Assembly (NCBI GenBank): GCA_958009085.1
Contig: OY253677.1
Coordinates: 124,001-188,000, forward strand
Source: Protoeuglena noctilucae
Taxonomy: Eukaryota
Length of the DNA: 64,000 bases
Direction: 5' to 3'
A model generated the notes under the pieces. It was not told the DNA's origin, ran no database searches, and saw nothing but the letters and a program-made list of their open reading frames with translations. Of the stretch, positions 38,601 through 50,600 are shown piece after piece. Made by a program: the position numbers and the translations under genes. Position 1 is the first letter of the stretch. Each line of letters opens with the position of its first letter.

Positions 38601-41600
38601 GTACGGCGCGGACTTCAAGGTGGACGTGCTCGTGATCCCCGTCAATATGCCCCCAACCGTCGCCATCACGGCGCCCCGGGCGCGCTACGTGGAGAGCAAC
38701 GCCACGAGTGCCTCGGTCACGGCCGACACGTGCAACACGGCCCAGACCGGCGACTGGCCGGCCGTGTCGCTGTGGACGCTCCTGAACCCGACGTGCGACA
38801 CGTCGCTGGGCGACATGTCCACGTGCTCCCAGGCAACGGCGGACAGTGACGTGGTGGCGGTCAGCGACAGCCTGACGCGCGGCTTCCGCTACTACAACGC
38901 CAGTACGGGCACCTGCAACAACGGCACGGCGTCCGCCACGAGCCCCTCCGACTGCTATTTCGCCGAGATCTCCCTGACGACGTGCGCGACGCCCACCTAC
39001 GCGTCGATCGACTGCGTCGCCACGGTCCCGACGAGCGTCTCGGACCTCTTCATGTCCGACGGCACGACCCCGAAGGTGGTGTGCAGTCAGGTTGACTCCA
39101 AGACGGTGCGCCTGGCCTTCTCTTCCAACTACCTGGCGACCTTCCCGGTGTGGTCGGACGCCACGACCCCCGAGAACCAGGCCAACACGACCCAGCAGGC
39201 CACCACAATCCAGGCGGCCATCCTTCACCAGGTCGTGTACCGCAACCCCGGCGACGACCCCAGCTACTGGCAGGGCTCCCTGCAGGTCACTATCTGGGAC
39301 AGCGGCTCGTCCGCCTCGGGCGGCACAACGAACCCCCCGCTGTCGTCCTCATCCAACGTCCAGAAATTCTGGAATGATAAGGTGAACGACGCGCCCACGT
39401 GCACGACGTCGGGCTCGCTGACCACCTACGTGGAGCAGCAGACGGTCTCGGCCTTCTCCGGCCTCACCTTCACCTTTACGGATGGCGTGGACCCCAGCAC
39501 GCTGGGCTGCAGCAGCACGTTCGGCGGCCCGCCGGAGAACCGCCTCGCCAAGGCGACGGTGTCGGCCAACGACTCCAACCTCGGCGTGCTCAAGAACTCG
39601 CTGTCATGCAGCAGCATCAACCAGTCGAGCATCCTCTCGGCCCTGGGCACGTGCTCGGTGGACGCCAACGGCCTGGTGACGCTGACGGCCGCCAACCTGT
39701 CTGGCAGCTTTTCTCAGCTGCAGCAGCTGCTCGGGGCGCTCCAGTTCACGCACGAGAGCGGGGACGCGCTCCAGTCGGGCACGGTGACCATCTACGACGA
39801 CGGCCACAACTACAAGGGCACGGTGGGCGCGGGCACCGTCCTCAGCGCGGACTGCGGCAGCATCCAGCTCTCCCTGTGCGCCGTGAACGACCCCCCGCGC
39901 GTCACGTTCAAGAACACCCTGCCGGCCGGGAAGGGGCAGGTCACGGTCACGGAGGGCCAGTGGGACCAGACCGCCGGCTTCGCCCTCTTCACGGAGACCG
40001 ACGGCAACGACTCGACGCAGCTGGACCTCAACTACGCCACGTTCGGTTTCACGGGCGTCGCGGACGACACGTGCGCCAGCGGCTATGACAGCGCGCAGAA
40101 GGACGTCCTCAAGTACGTCGTCATCACGGCGCGCGAGGCCACCAGCTACACAGACACGGTCGGCCAGCACGTGCTGTCGTGCGGCACGCTGACGCCGTCC
40201 GCCTCGCCCGTGTCGTGCACCCAGGGCAGCGTCACCTCCAACACGGGGGGGAACCTCACGATCGACAGCACGGACATGCTGTCCGTGACGCTCCAGTACA
40301 GCGGCAGCCAGGACGGCGACGCCTCCGTCCAGGCCATCGAGGCGGCCCTGCTGGACCTCGTGTACTTCAACCGCGGCACGACCCTCTGCGGCAACTGCGA
40401 GGCGAGCACCCTGGCCTTCGAGAATTTCACCAAGGACTCCTTTACGGGGGTCACCACGCCTGTGGGGTGGACGATCGACTCCGCCCTCTGGGAGGCCAAC
40501 CACACGTATTTGGTACTCGCCTCCTGTGGCACGCCAGCGCTCTACAAGGACCCCAGCGTTGTCCCCGCGGCAGAGGTGGTTGGGTACAACGACCCTACTG
40601 CCTCGGCGCCTTCGTGCGACTGGAGCACTATTGAGGGCGTTGACCCGCAGGCCGTGGAAGCGATGTCCCTGCTGCTCAGTGGAGCCAATGCCCCTTCCTC
40701 GCCCGTCACTGGCGACACCCACTACGACGCCCTGCAGCTCAACCTCAACTCGAGTTCGCCTATCGCGACCTCGTACAGCGTCACGCTAAACAGTCCCATT
40801 CTCAACGCGGGGAGTGGCACGATCCGCGTGACGTTCGACGTCGTCGCACAGATCTTTTCTCCGAACTCCTCCAGTGACGGGCGGACTGTGCTGGTCCACG
40901 TCCTCAACAACGGGTCAGATGAGGTGTCGCAGGTGGTGCTGACCGTGCCGACGCCTGCTGGTTCGCCGGCCGCTCTGTACCAGACGGTTAGCTTGACTCA
41001 GGCGTGCTTCACCTACACGTCCACGAGCTCGACGGAGCAGCTGCAGTTCGAGGTCCAGATCCCAGCAGGGGCAGTGGGGCTGGGCGCCGTCCTCGTCGAC
41101 AACGTCGCCTTTACGCAAGGTGGCTCGTGCGGCGCTCCCCTGGCGTCGCTTCCGCTCTCTTCCCCATACCTGACCGCGTCACGCCGCCTCGCGGCTACCT
41201 CGGACGTCCTTGTCCCCCTCGTCAGCACCGTCCTGCCCAACAACCCCTTCGCTTCGAGCGCGGCGACGCGCCGCCTGGCCGAGAGCCTCGGGGTGAACGT
41301 GTCCCGCCGGCGCCTGTCCACCGTTACCCCCGGCGACTACCCCACCTGCCTGGTGGAGAGCAAGGACGCCTACTGGCCGGACGCGACCCAGGACTGGGAG
41401 CTCATCCTGAACTTCACCATGGTCGACACGGCACTCGAGTCCTCGAGCATGGACATGTGGAAGGTGGAGCTCAAGACCAGCAACGATGCGCCGGCCATCG
41501 ACCACTCCGCCACGCCACCGATCAAGGTCTGGGTGGAGGACGAGCTCAGCCAGGATGGCAAGACGTCGGACAGCCTCGACCAGGGCAGGCCTTGGGCCAT

Positions 41601-44600
41601 CTTCGGCTACACGAACAACTTCCGCGAGGTCACCATCGGGGACATCGACAGCTGCGACAAGATCAACCGCCTGGAGGTCACGTTTGGGGCGTACGACAGC
41701 GCCAACGACACGACATACCCTGGCGTCCCCGCGATGTGCCCCAAGCCGACGTCGTGCACGTGCAAGCCCTGCAGCACGGGGACGTGCCAGTGCCTCCCCG
41801 ACGACACCGACCCCAGCTGCACGACGTGCCCTTCGGGTTTCACGTGCGGGGCGGTGTCTGTGACCCCTGCTGGCGCCCCCGCCATCATCGATGCCGAGTA
41901 CTGCCCCATCAAGAGCTGCTCGACTGACTTCGTGGGCGGGCCGGGTCCGAGCTGCCCGCCGGGACGCATGTACATCGACAACACCCTCGAGCTGGCCAAC
42001 CCGAACTCGCACCAGAAGATCATCACCAACCCCGGCACGCTCATGTGCGGCTACGATGCCTGGCTGACGGCCTTCTGGCAGGCGCTCGCCTCCGCGCAGG
42101 AGTACAGTAGCAATCCTGTCGTCCGTCTTCCCTCCACGCTTCCTGCCAACCCTGCCGCGCCGTCCGGCACTTCGGCGCCCAGTCGCTACCTGTGCGTGTG
42201 CGGCACAGCGCAGACGCCCTGCTACTGCAGCCTCGACACGAGGTGCAGATACGTCCAGCTCGCGGACCAGCCGGGTGCAAGCTGTGCGTACCTGACTTAC
42301 ACGGACCCGACCACAAACACCACGGTCAAGTGGACGGACCAGATGGCCCTGGCCATGGCGGACAGCGGCAACACCGACGCCCACACGGCGATGGTGGCCG
42401 CGCGTCAGCTTGTCGACATAAACGTTGCCGACACGGAGATCGACTCGTACGGCACCTACGCCGCCTTCGACGCGACCACGCTGAGGTGGGTGCCCAACAA
42501 CCTGCTGGTTGCCAACACCGACTACCTCGTCTGCGAATGGCTGACGGGCTTCATGGACGACAATGTCGTCCCTGGCGACTACACGACCGGCACGGACACC
42601 ATCTCGGGCTACTGGGGCGCCGACGCCAAGGTCACGCTGACCAAGCGCACCTTCACCGGCTCCGGGCTCAGCTCCACATACCTGGACATGACGATTGACG
42701 AGGCCGAGAAGCTGCTGATGAAGACCGACTACATGAACCCGTCCAACAAGCCACGACAGGGCATCTACTACGTGACGGTCGAGCTGTTCGACGATGGTGA
42801 CCAGGGCAACGACACGACGCAGCTCAGCGCCAAGACGACGGTGGAGTTTGACGTCACGGACTACAACGACCCCAACGACAAGGGCGGCAAGTACAGTTGC
42901 AGCATCTGCTCGTGTCTGGGCCCGAGCGCCACTGGCACTGGCACGTCCACGTAAAGCTGTGACTGCGAGTCGGACTCGCGGTGCACTGGTACGACCACCA
43001 GCACTTGCAGCCCAGCCAACAGCCAATCGCAGATCCCCAGCGACGGGTCATGCCCGTGCTGGTACACGGACCCCAACGTCAAGACATGCGGCCCGCCCCC
43101 TCCTCGCATCGAGGACTTCTGGCTGGGCCAGACGACTGTGTTCGTGGAGTACGGGCCGGGGGCGCAGGGCCTCAAGCCCTGCCCCTCGACGACGACGGGC
43201 CTGTGCAGCCTGCTGCAGAGCTCGGCGGACTACTACGCCAACGCAACGGCCCAGGCGCTGCTGGACCGAAACGCCCGCGGCATTGTCTTCATGGCCGACC
43301 AGAACACAGGCCGCACGCCGCTTTACGCGGAGAGGGTCAAGATGACGGACGCGGATCTGGCGTCGTACCACTTCGACATGATAGTAACGGGTGGGGATCC
43401 CGCGAATGACGTGATCGTCTACACAGGGCCCATCGTGTGCATGTACGGGACGGATCCTCAGACGCTGCTGTGCAAGCCGGGGCCCGGCAGCACCCCGTCT
43501 GCTCCGGGCGTCTACACGCCCGACGAGTACTCGTGCGCGAACGCGAACAGCCCCACGGTCAAGCCGGTCGTGAGCGCACCCAGCGTGACGCTCGGCCACA
43601 GCGTTTTGGACCCGATCGCCGACGACTACATGGTCACGACGCTGGACAGCCTGTACTACTGCACGCAGTTCCAGAACACCAGCAACGAGCCGGTGGCGGG
43701 AGTCCGCCGCGTGGATGTGACGATCACGCAGACGCAGAGCACTGGCAGCACCAACTTCACCGTCAACGTCCACAGCCGCGTACTCGTTATCCCCACCAAC
43801 GACCAGCCGGCCCTGTGCGACAACTCCACGGCCACGCCCTGCGCGACCACCATCACTTACACCGAGCACGCGGCTGCTGGTTGCGGCGGGAGCATCCCCA
43901 GCGCCAACGCCAACCCCGGCCCCGACCGGGACGTGTCGTTCCTGGCCCTCGTGCCCAGCGCCACCATCACGGACGACTCGACCAAGGCGCAGAAGGTGGT
44001 GTTCACGTTCGAGTCGGGCTACGCCCAGGGCCAGGACCTCCTCACGTGCTCGGGTGACGCGTCCCTGCGCCCCAACAGCGGCGACTTCGACCCGACGTCA
44101 CGGGGGCGTGCAAGCAGGACCTCTGGTACCCGCGCTTCAACTTCGACAACCAGAAGAGCTCGAGCACTGCCACGCTCGGCACCTCCACCTTCCTCCAGGC
44201 CGGCGTGCTCGGCTACCTCCTACCTAGCAGCAGCACCACGTACCCGCACCTCGTGGACGCGACGGGGTCGGACCTTTCCGTCCACCTGGACTACATGACG
44301 TGCGTGGACAACAAGCTGAGCAGTGCGGTCAGCAACAAGAGCACGATCACGACGTACTACGACACGGCCAACACTTGGCAGTGCGTCTTTGACCCGGTGG
44401 CGGGCACGCTGACCGTCACCAACACGGCGGGCCCTCAGAACAAGGGAGACTGGTCGGGCGTGCTGCACAGCGTGGCCTTCAGCACGTGGACGGATGCCCC
44501 CAGCACGACCAGCCGCGTGGTCCGCGTCGAGGTGCTCGACAAGGCCGAGGACGATGACTTCGGCTGCCAGGACAAGCTGCCGCAGCCCACATGCACCTCC

Positions 44601-47600
44601 AGCTGCCCTGCCGCCTGCGACATCACCGACTTCGGGTGCGACTGGGTGGTCCTCGCGAAGCCTTCCGCATCGATGCTGTCGTGCGCATGGACAGCGGCCA
44701 ACGCCACGTCGCTCGGCAGCTGCCACACGTGCGACCAGTGGAGCGTCGGCCACAAGTACGACCCCACTGCCACGGTCAGCCCGGCCGACGACGCCCTCGT
44801 GCGCCGGGTCACGGTCAGCCTCACGCCTGCGGATGACCCCCCCTTCATCACGGCTGAGTCGCCCCTCACGTTCGACGAGAACAGCCAGCCGGTGGCCACG
44901 ATCAAGATGTTTATTCAGGACGGGTCGACCAAGTTCAACATCTCGGACTTCGACGGCATCTCCGACGGCTTCAAGACCCTGACGATGACGTTCAACAACA
45001 ACCCCGCCTCCCCCCCAATCGCTGCGTATAGGATCCCGCGGACGAGCACCACTCCTAGCGTGCTGACCGATAATGCGAAGCAACTGCTGCTGGACCAGGA
45101 AACTGACACGACCATCTCGAGCCAGGGCCCCGTCTACGTGAGCACCGAGGATTCGTTCATGTACCAGTGTGGGAGCGACAACACCTTCACCTCGTGCCTG
45201 GTGCAGACGAACTACCTCCCACCCTCGGCGACGACGTGCTACCTGGAGGACAGCACCACTTCGCCCGACGGGTTGACGTACCGGATGTGCTGGTACCGAG
45301 ATGGCCGCGCCGCGTCCATTGGCACCTTGCTGCCGCCAGGGACGCTGGAGATCACGACAACGGGCGTCTCCGGAAGCAAGTGCATGACGGCTGCAGGTCT
45401 CAAGTACATCATGCAACGCATCTACTACCAGAACGCCGAGGAGTACCTGCCGGACCTGCGCCCGCGCGAGGTGGTGGTGCAGCTCACGGACTGCACGGGG
45501 GCGAGGGTGGCCGGCGCGTGCACGGAGATCGACATCCGACTTCTCGATGACGCGCGAGAACGACCCGCCCACCATCCAGGGCATCTCGGACGAGGTCATG
45601 TTCGTCGAGTCGTCGCTGTACTCGAACCAGTGCTACGACCTGACGACCCAGACCGTCATTACCAACACGGATCCGACCCAGACGTGTGATAACTTCACGC
45701 ACAAGATGCCCATCGTGCCCTTCGCCGTCTACAACGACGGCGACTCGGTCGCGACGATGGGTGGCCGTGTGCGGATCGAGATCAATTACACGCCGGCCCT
45801 GACTAACGTCAACACGGCCCCGCAGACCATCCTGGCCGTTGAGACGCAGGACGTCATGGGCTGCGACGTGTCGACGATCCAGCGCGCCCTCGACGACGCG
45901 CGCTGCCAGTGGAAGATGCTGACGGGCACGGACCCGACCGACAGCTCGGGCAACCCCGTCACGCCTAACTGCGTGCGCGAGCCTCAGCGCGACATCAACT
46001 ACGCGGTCATCAAGGATTCTGGTGGCCAGGTGGCCAAAGGCATCTGCTCGGCGGAGTGCACCAACGTCCCTGGCAGCACGTCGTGCATGTCTCTGACGCT
46101 CGATGTGCCGGCCTACGCGCCGTGGGGCCTGTACTCAGACACGTACATCACCGCAAGCGACCTGTGCAACAAGCTGCGGAACAATGAAGGAAACGGAACG
46201 ATGAAGGACCTCGAGAGCAAGATCAACGTCTACAACAGCAACGTGGGCACCATGGCGTGCGAGTGGGACCCGGCGTCTGGCGCCGTCTTCATCTGCCAGC
46301 CTGACCCCAACAACCCGCCGCCGGCCGGCGAGCCCCAGTGCTACACGAAGGACGGCTCGTGTGCTCTCGACTTCGCGTACTCGACGGTGGTGCCTGCGAG
46401 CTTCGACCCGACCATTTCCAACGACCCGCTCTACTCGGCTTACCAGAGCATCATGAACCTCAACACGTGCAGCGTGCCCCGCGGGTCGGCGTACACGCTT
46501 CCGATGGGCATGGACGTACTCAGCGCCTTCTACAGCTCGATCTACTACTTCAACTCCAACGACAACCCCAACCCCACGCCCCGCGGCCTCGCGGTGGTCG
46601 GGTGGGAGTGCGTTATTCACCCCGCCAACCCGGGCAAGTGCTCTTGCGTCGACGACTCGACCGTCTCCTCGGGCTCTACTCCTGCCCCTGCCGCCTCCCC
46701 TGAGCTCTGCTCCAACACAGCGCGCAAGGCCATGACTGTCCCGAGCGTCTACATCAAGCTCACCAACGACAAGCCGCGGCTCAAGCAGTCCCTGGACTGC
46801 ACTGTCGACCCCACGGGCTGCACCACCGCCGAGTACGTCATGTCGCTGCCAACGGACGACACCAAGCCCAACCCGCCGGCGACCGGCACACCCACGATCC
46901 AGTCTTTCAACACGAGCAACACGGCTGACGGCGTCGAGCTTACCCTGCTGTACCAGGAGCAGGCCAGCCCGCTGCTGGTCTTTGCCGACACGGATGTGTC
47001 GATGGTGGATTCGGACTACGTCTACTGGGTCCGCACGGTCATGACGGACGCAACACAGGGGCAGGACGAGCTGGGCTGCTACTACGGGGGCACGTTCGGC
47101 GTCACCGACTTCTGCCTCACGGCCAACGGCGACATCGTCACGGCGTGGAAGGCGGGTGACGCCGGGGCCCCGGCCGGATGCGACACGGCGAATGGCCAGG
47201 TCCACGGCGTGTGCGCAGTGCAGCCGTTCTGTGGCAAGGACGCCAACGCCACGGTGGACTGCGCCGACGGCGAGACGCACTCGACCTGCATGTACTTCTA
47301 CGACGCGAACGACTCGACGTCGTGCAACGCCACGTCCACGCGCGGCTCCATCTTCGTCAACATTATGCGCGCCGGCCAACTCGCCCCGACGGCGTGGGAT
47401 TCTACACCCGGGCTCACTGCCAGCCAGGCGACGTCCATCCTCCACACGCTGGCGTACTACAACCCGGGCAACTCGTCGACTTGCTACACGGACCTTAACG
47501 GCACCAAGTTGCAGCGCCGCCTGCGCGTCGTCGTGACGGACGAGACATACAACCTCATGAACTCGACGCCCTTCTCCAACTGGTTCACGCCTGGCCCCAA

Positions 47601-50600
47601 CCCGACGCCCGCGTCGACGGGCCCGGGGAGCGACCTCGTCACGGAGGGCTCGCAGTGGCAGGCGGGCCTGGACAGCAACCCGACGTTCCGGTCGCTCATG
47701 CTCCTGAACAAGGACAACGACATGAGCTTCTCGGACCCAAGCACGCCGGACTCGCCAGGCACGGACGCCACTGGCTCCCCGGGCTTCTCGAGCTCCAACC
47801 CTCTGCAGCGCGTGTGGGTCGAGGTCAACGGCCCGCAGCCGCAGACCAACGCGAACCTGCCGAACGAGCTCTACAACGGCATGATCTACCTCCTCCCCAA
47901 CGCCACCGTGTCCGACCTCGACGGCACCCTCTACCAGAGCGCGCGGTTCGAGTTCACGTCCAACTTCCACCGGCGGCAGGTGTCGCTGCAGAACTGTGAC
48001 TCCACGTGCCCCAACACCGGCACCAATGACCCGTGCAACTGTGGCGGCTTCACGGGCCCGATTGAGGACGAGATCTTCTGCAACTGGGACGAGTACACGA
48101 CGCTCAAGAGCAGCCCGACTCAGCTGCTGTCCAAGTACAACATGACGCCTGACGATGTGGACGCGCTGATGTCCAGGGTCGACTGCAAGTGGAGGTTCGA
48201 CGACAACACGAATTCGGTGCTGCTGGACAACGGCACGGTGGCCAGCGGCGGCACGCCAAACGCCAACCTGCTCATCCGCGGCGTGGTGGACGCGACCACG
48301 GGCGATCGGTACCTGCTGTCGCAGACCGACCTGACGCGCACGCTGCGGATCGTGGCGTACAAGAACAACTTCGCGTACCCGCACCCCACCAAGTACGACA
48401 CGACCAACAACGTCTACACATCCGAGGGTATGCACACCGTCACCGTGACCATCACGGACCAGGGCGACCTGACGCCCAAGGGCGGCACGGGCCCCGGGGT
48501 CGAGTGCGGGCAGTGGCTGCCGTGCACGACCAACTGCGGGTCGGACAATATCTCCAAGGTCAAGAAGCTCTACCTGGAGGTCGCGGTGCAGCCGGGCCTG
48601 GAGGACGCGCTGCTCCTCGAGAACATGCAGTGGGGCCCGTGCAGCGCGGCGCCCGACTGCGTGCAGACGCGCAACCCCATCTGTCAGAGCCACCAGTGGG
48701 CCTGGGGCGTGGCGCGCAAGACGGACACGACGGGCCACACCAGCCTGGGCAACATGACCATGACGCTCACCGACGGCACGGTCCTGACGGTCGAGCAGGT
48801 CAACTTCACGCCCATGTTCCACTCAGACGGGACGCCGTACGTCCAGCCCATCACCTTCTGCGGGGCGATGTCGACCATCTCGCAGACGTGCTCGTTCGTG
48901 GACTGCCCGCGCTTCCAGTGGGTTACGTCGGCGTGGAGCTCGTGCGACGCGACCACGTGCAACAGCACGCAGCAGCGCAGCGCCTTCTGCAAGGCGGTGG
49001 GCCTGCCCTTCTACATCACGCCGTCGTCGGACAACTGCGTCAGCCCGCCCACGGGCACGGACCTGGTGCAGCTCAGCCCCAGCGACTGGACTACCAACAA
49101 CTACTGCACGTGCAAGCAGTCCTCCGTGCCGACGCTGGTGCAGCAGTGCCCTTCGACGGACTGCTCAGGCACCAGGCTGGTGGAGGGCATCCTCTCGGCC
49201 TGCACCAAGACGTGCAGCACCAAGGACTCGAACGGCAACTACCAGGGCGGCAACCAGTCGCGCGTCCTGAAGTGCATGCAGTCCGGGACGGTGTCGACCG
49301 ACTTCGCCACTTGCATCCAGTCGGCCGCCCTGCCGGACAACTCCACGTGGACGTGCGTGGTGGGTGCCAACTCCGTCAAGACGTGCTCATCAAGCACAAG
49401 TGGGTCGGGCACGCGCACGGCCACCGAACTGCAGAACGGGTGCAGGCAGTGCAGCGTCTCGACCGACGGGAAGACGTGCACGGAGACGCTCCTCAACAGC
49501 TGCGGCATGACGCCCTGCCCGACGCCCTTCTACGTGCCGCAAGCGTGGGGCGCGTGCAGCGTGCCCAACCCTGCCCCGGCCAACAACCCCTGCGCCGGCA
49601 CGAGGACTCGTACCAACTACTGCATGATGCCGACGGCTTACGGCCTCGTCCCGACGTCCGACTCGGACTGCGGGACGGACTCGAGCCCTCCCACATCGCA
49701 GGCTTGCATCTCCACGTCGTGCAATTGCGACGCCGACACCACGGCAAAACTCGACATGACCTCCGGCGAGTTCGCCAACGGCACGTGCCTGGGCAGTGCT
49801 GTGACGTGCGACAAGGGCTACATCCTCGTCAAGGGCGACAACGGCCTCCTCAGCTGCGTGGCCGACCAGCTGCAGTGCCCCCAGGGCCAGATGTCCTACT
49901 ATGGCAAGGCCACAGATGACGCCGCGGACAAGTGGAGGTGCTGCGGCGGCCTGGACGTCACTGGCCTGTGCTGTGCGCAGGGTGCGCCGTCCATGATTGA
50001 CCCCACTACCAAGGTGAGTCTTGGCGTCGTGGCGGCAGGCCCTTACACAAACCGCGCAAGGAAGATCGAAATGCTTTATTTTGCTTCTCCCTCTTGTCTC
50101 CGCAGAATTCGGTTTGCTGCCAGGTCGGGGAGATCCTCGACGAGTGCGGCACGTGCCACAACCCCAACAACGGCCCTGGCGGCGTGTGGTCGGCGGCCGA
50201 CAACAAGTGCTGCACGGACGGCGAGATCTCCGTCGATGGCCACTGCTGCGCCGGCACGTCCAAGCGTGACGACTGCGGCGTGTGCGGCGGCAGTAACTCG
50301 TGCCTGGTCCAAGTATCCGGCGTGGCGGGTGTGGTCGGGACGCCCCAGGCGGTCACCGGCAGGCGCGCTCTCCAGCAGTCATCGGATGCACAGGCGAGGG
50401 TCAGGTGCTAGTGGCATGATGAAAGTTGTGTGGGTGGCAAGTGCCTCACCTCACCCCACCCCGCTGCATCTGCAGAGCATTGCCTCGGCGGTCGCCAGCA
50501 TCCTCGGCATCAGCACGAGCCGCGTGGTCGTGACGAGCACCTCTGACACGACTCTGTCGTCCACCTCCGGCAACCGCCGGCTCCAGCAGAGCGGGGCCGT

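Noticed and set aside
42952..42954. TAA/TAG reassigned to Gln (as in some ulvophytes), suggested by this in-frame TAA and by all four confident genes ending in TGA
   Set aside because: There is only one TAR codon in more than 10,000 codons of long reading frame, and Gln is otherwise CAG/CAA. A recoded GC-rich genome should show many TAG codons. The same gene also has frameshifts, so mutation or error is simpler.
36890..45545. Programmed ribosomal frameshifting at the adhesin frame changes
   Set aside because: No slippery heptamers or shared context, and the shifts go in different directions.
28292..48822. Long antisense or alternate-frame ORFs (e.g. 28292..31000-, 33526..35793-, 46135..48822-)
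   Set aside because: Shadow ORFs produced by high GC3 codon bias on the sense strand. They are Arg/Gly/Val-rich with no motifs.
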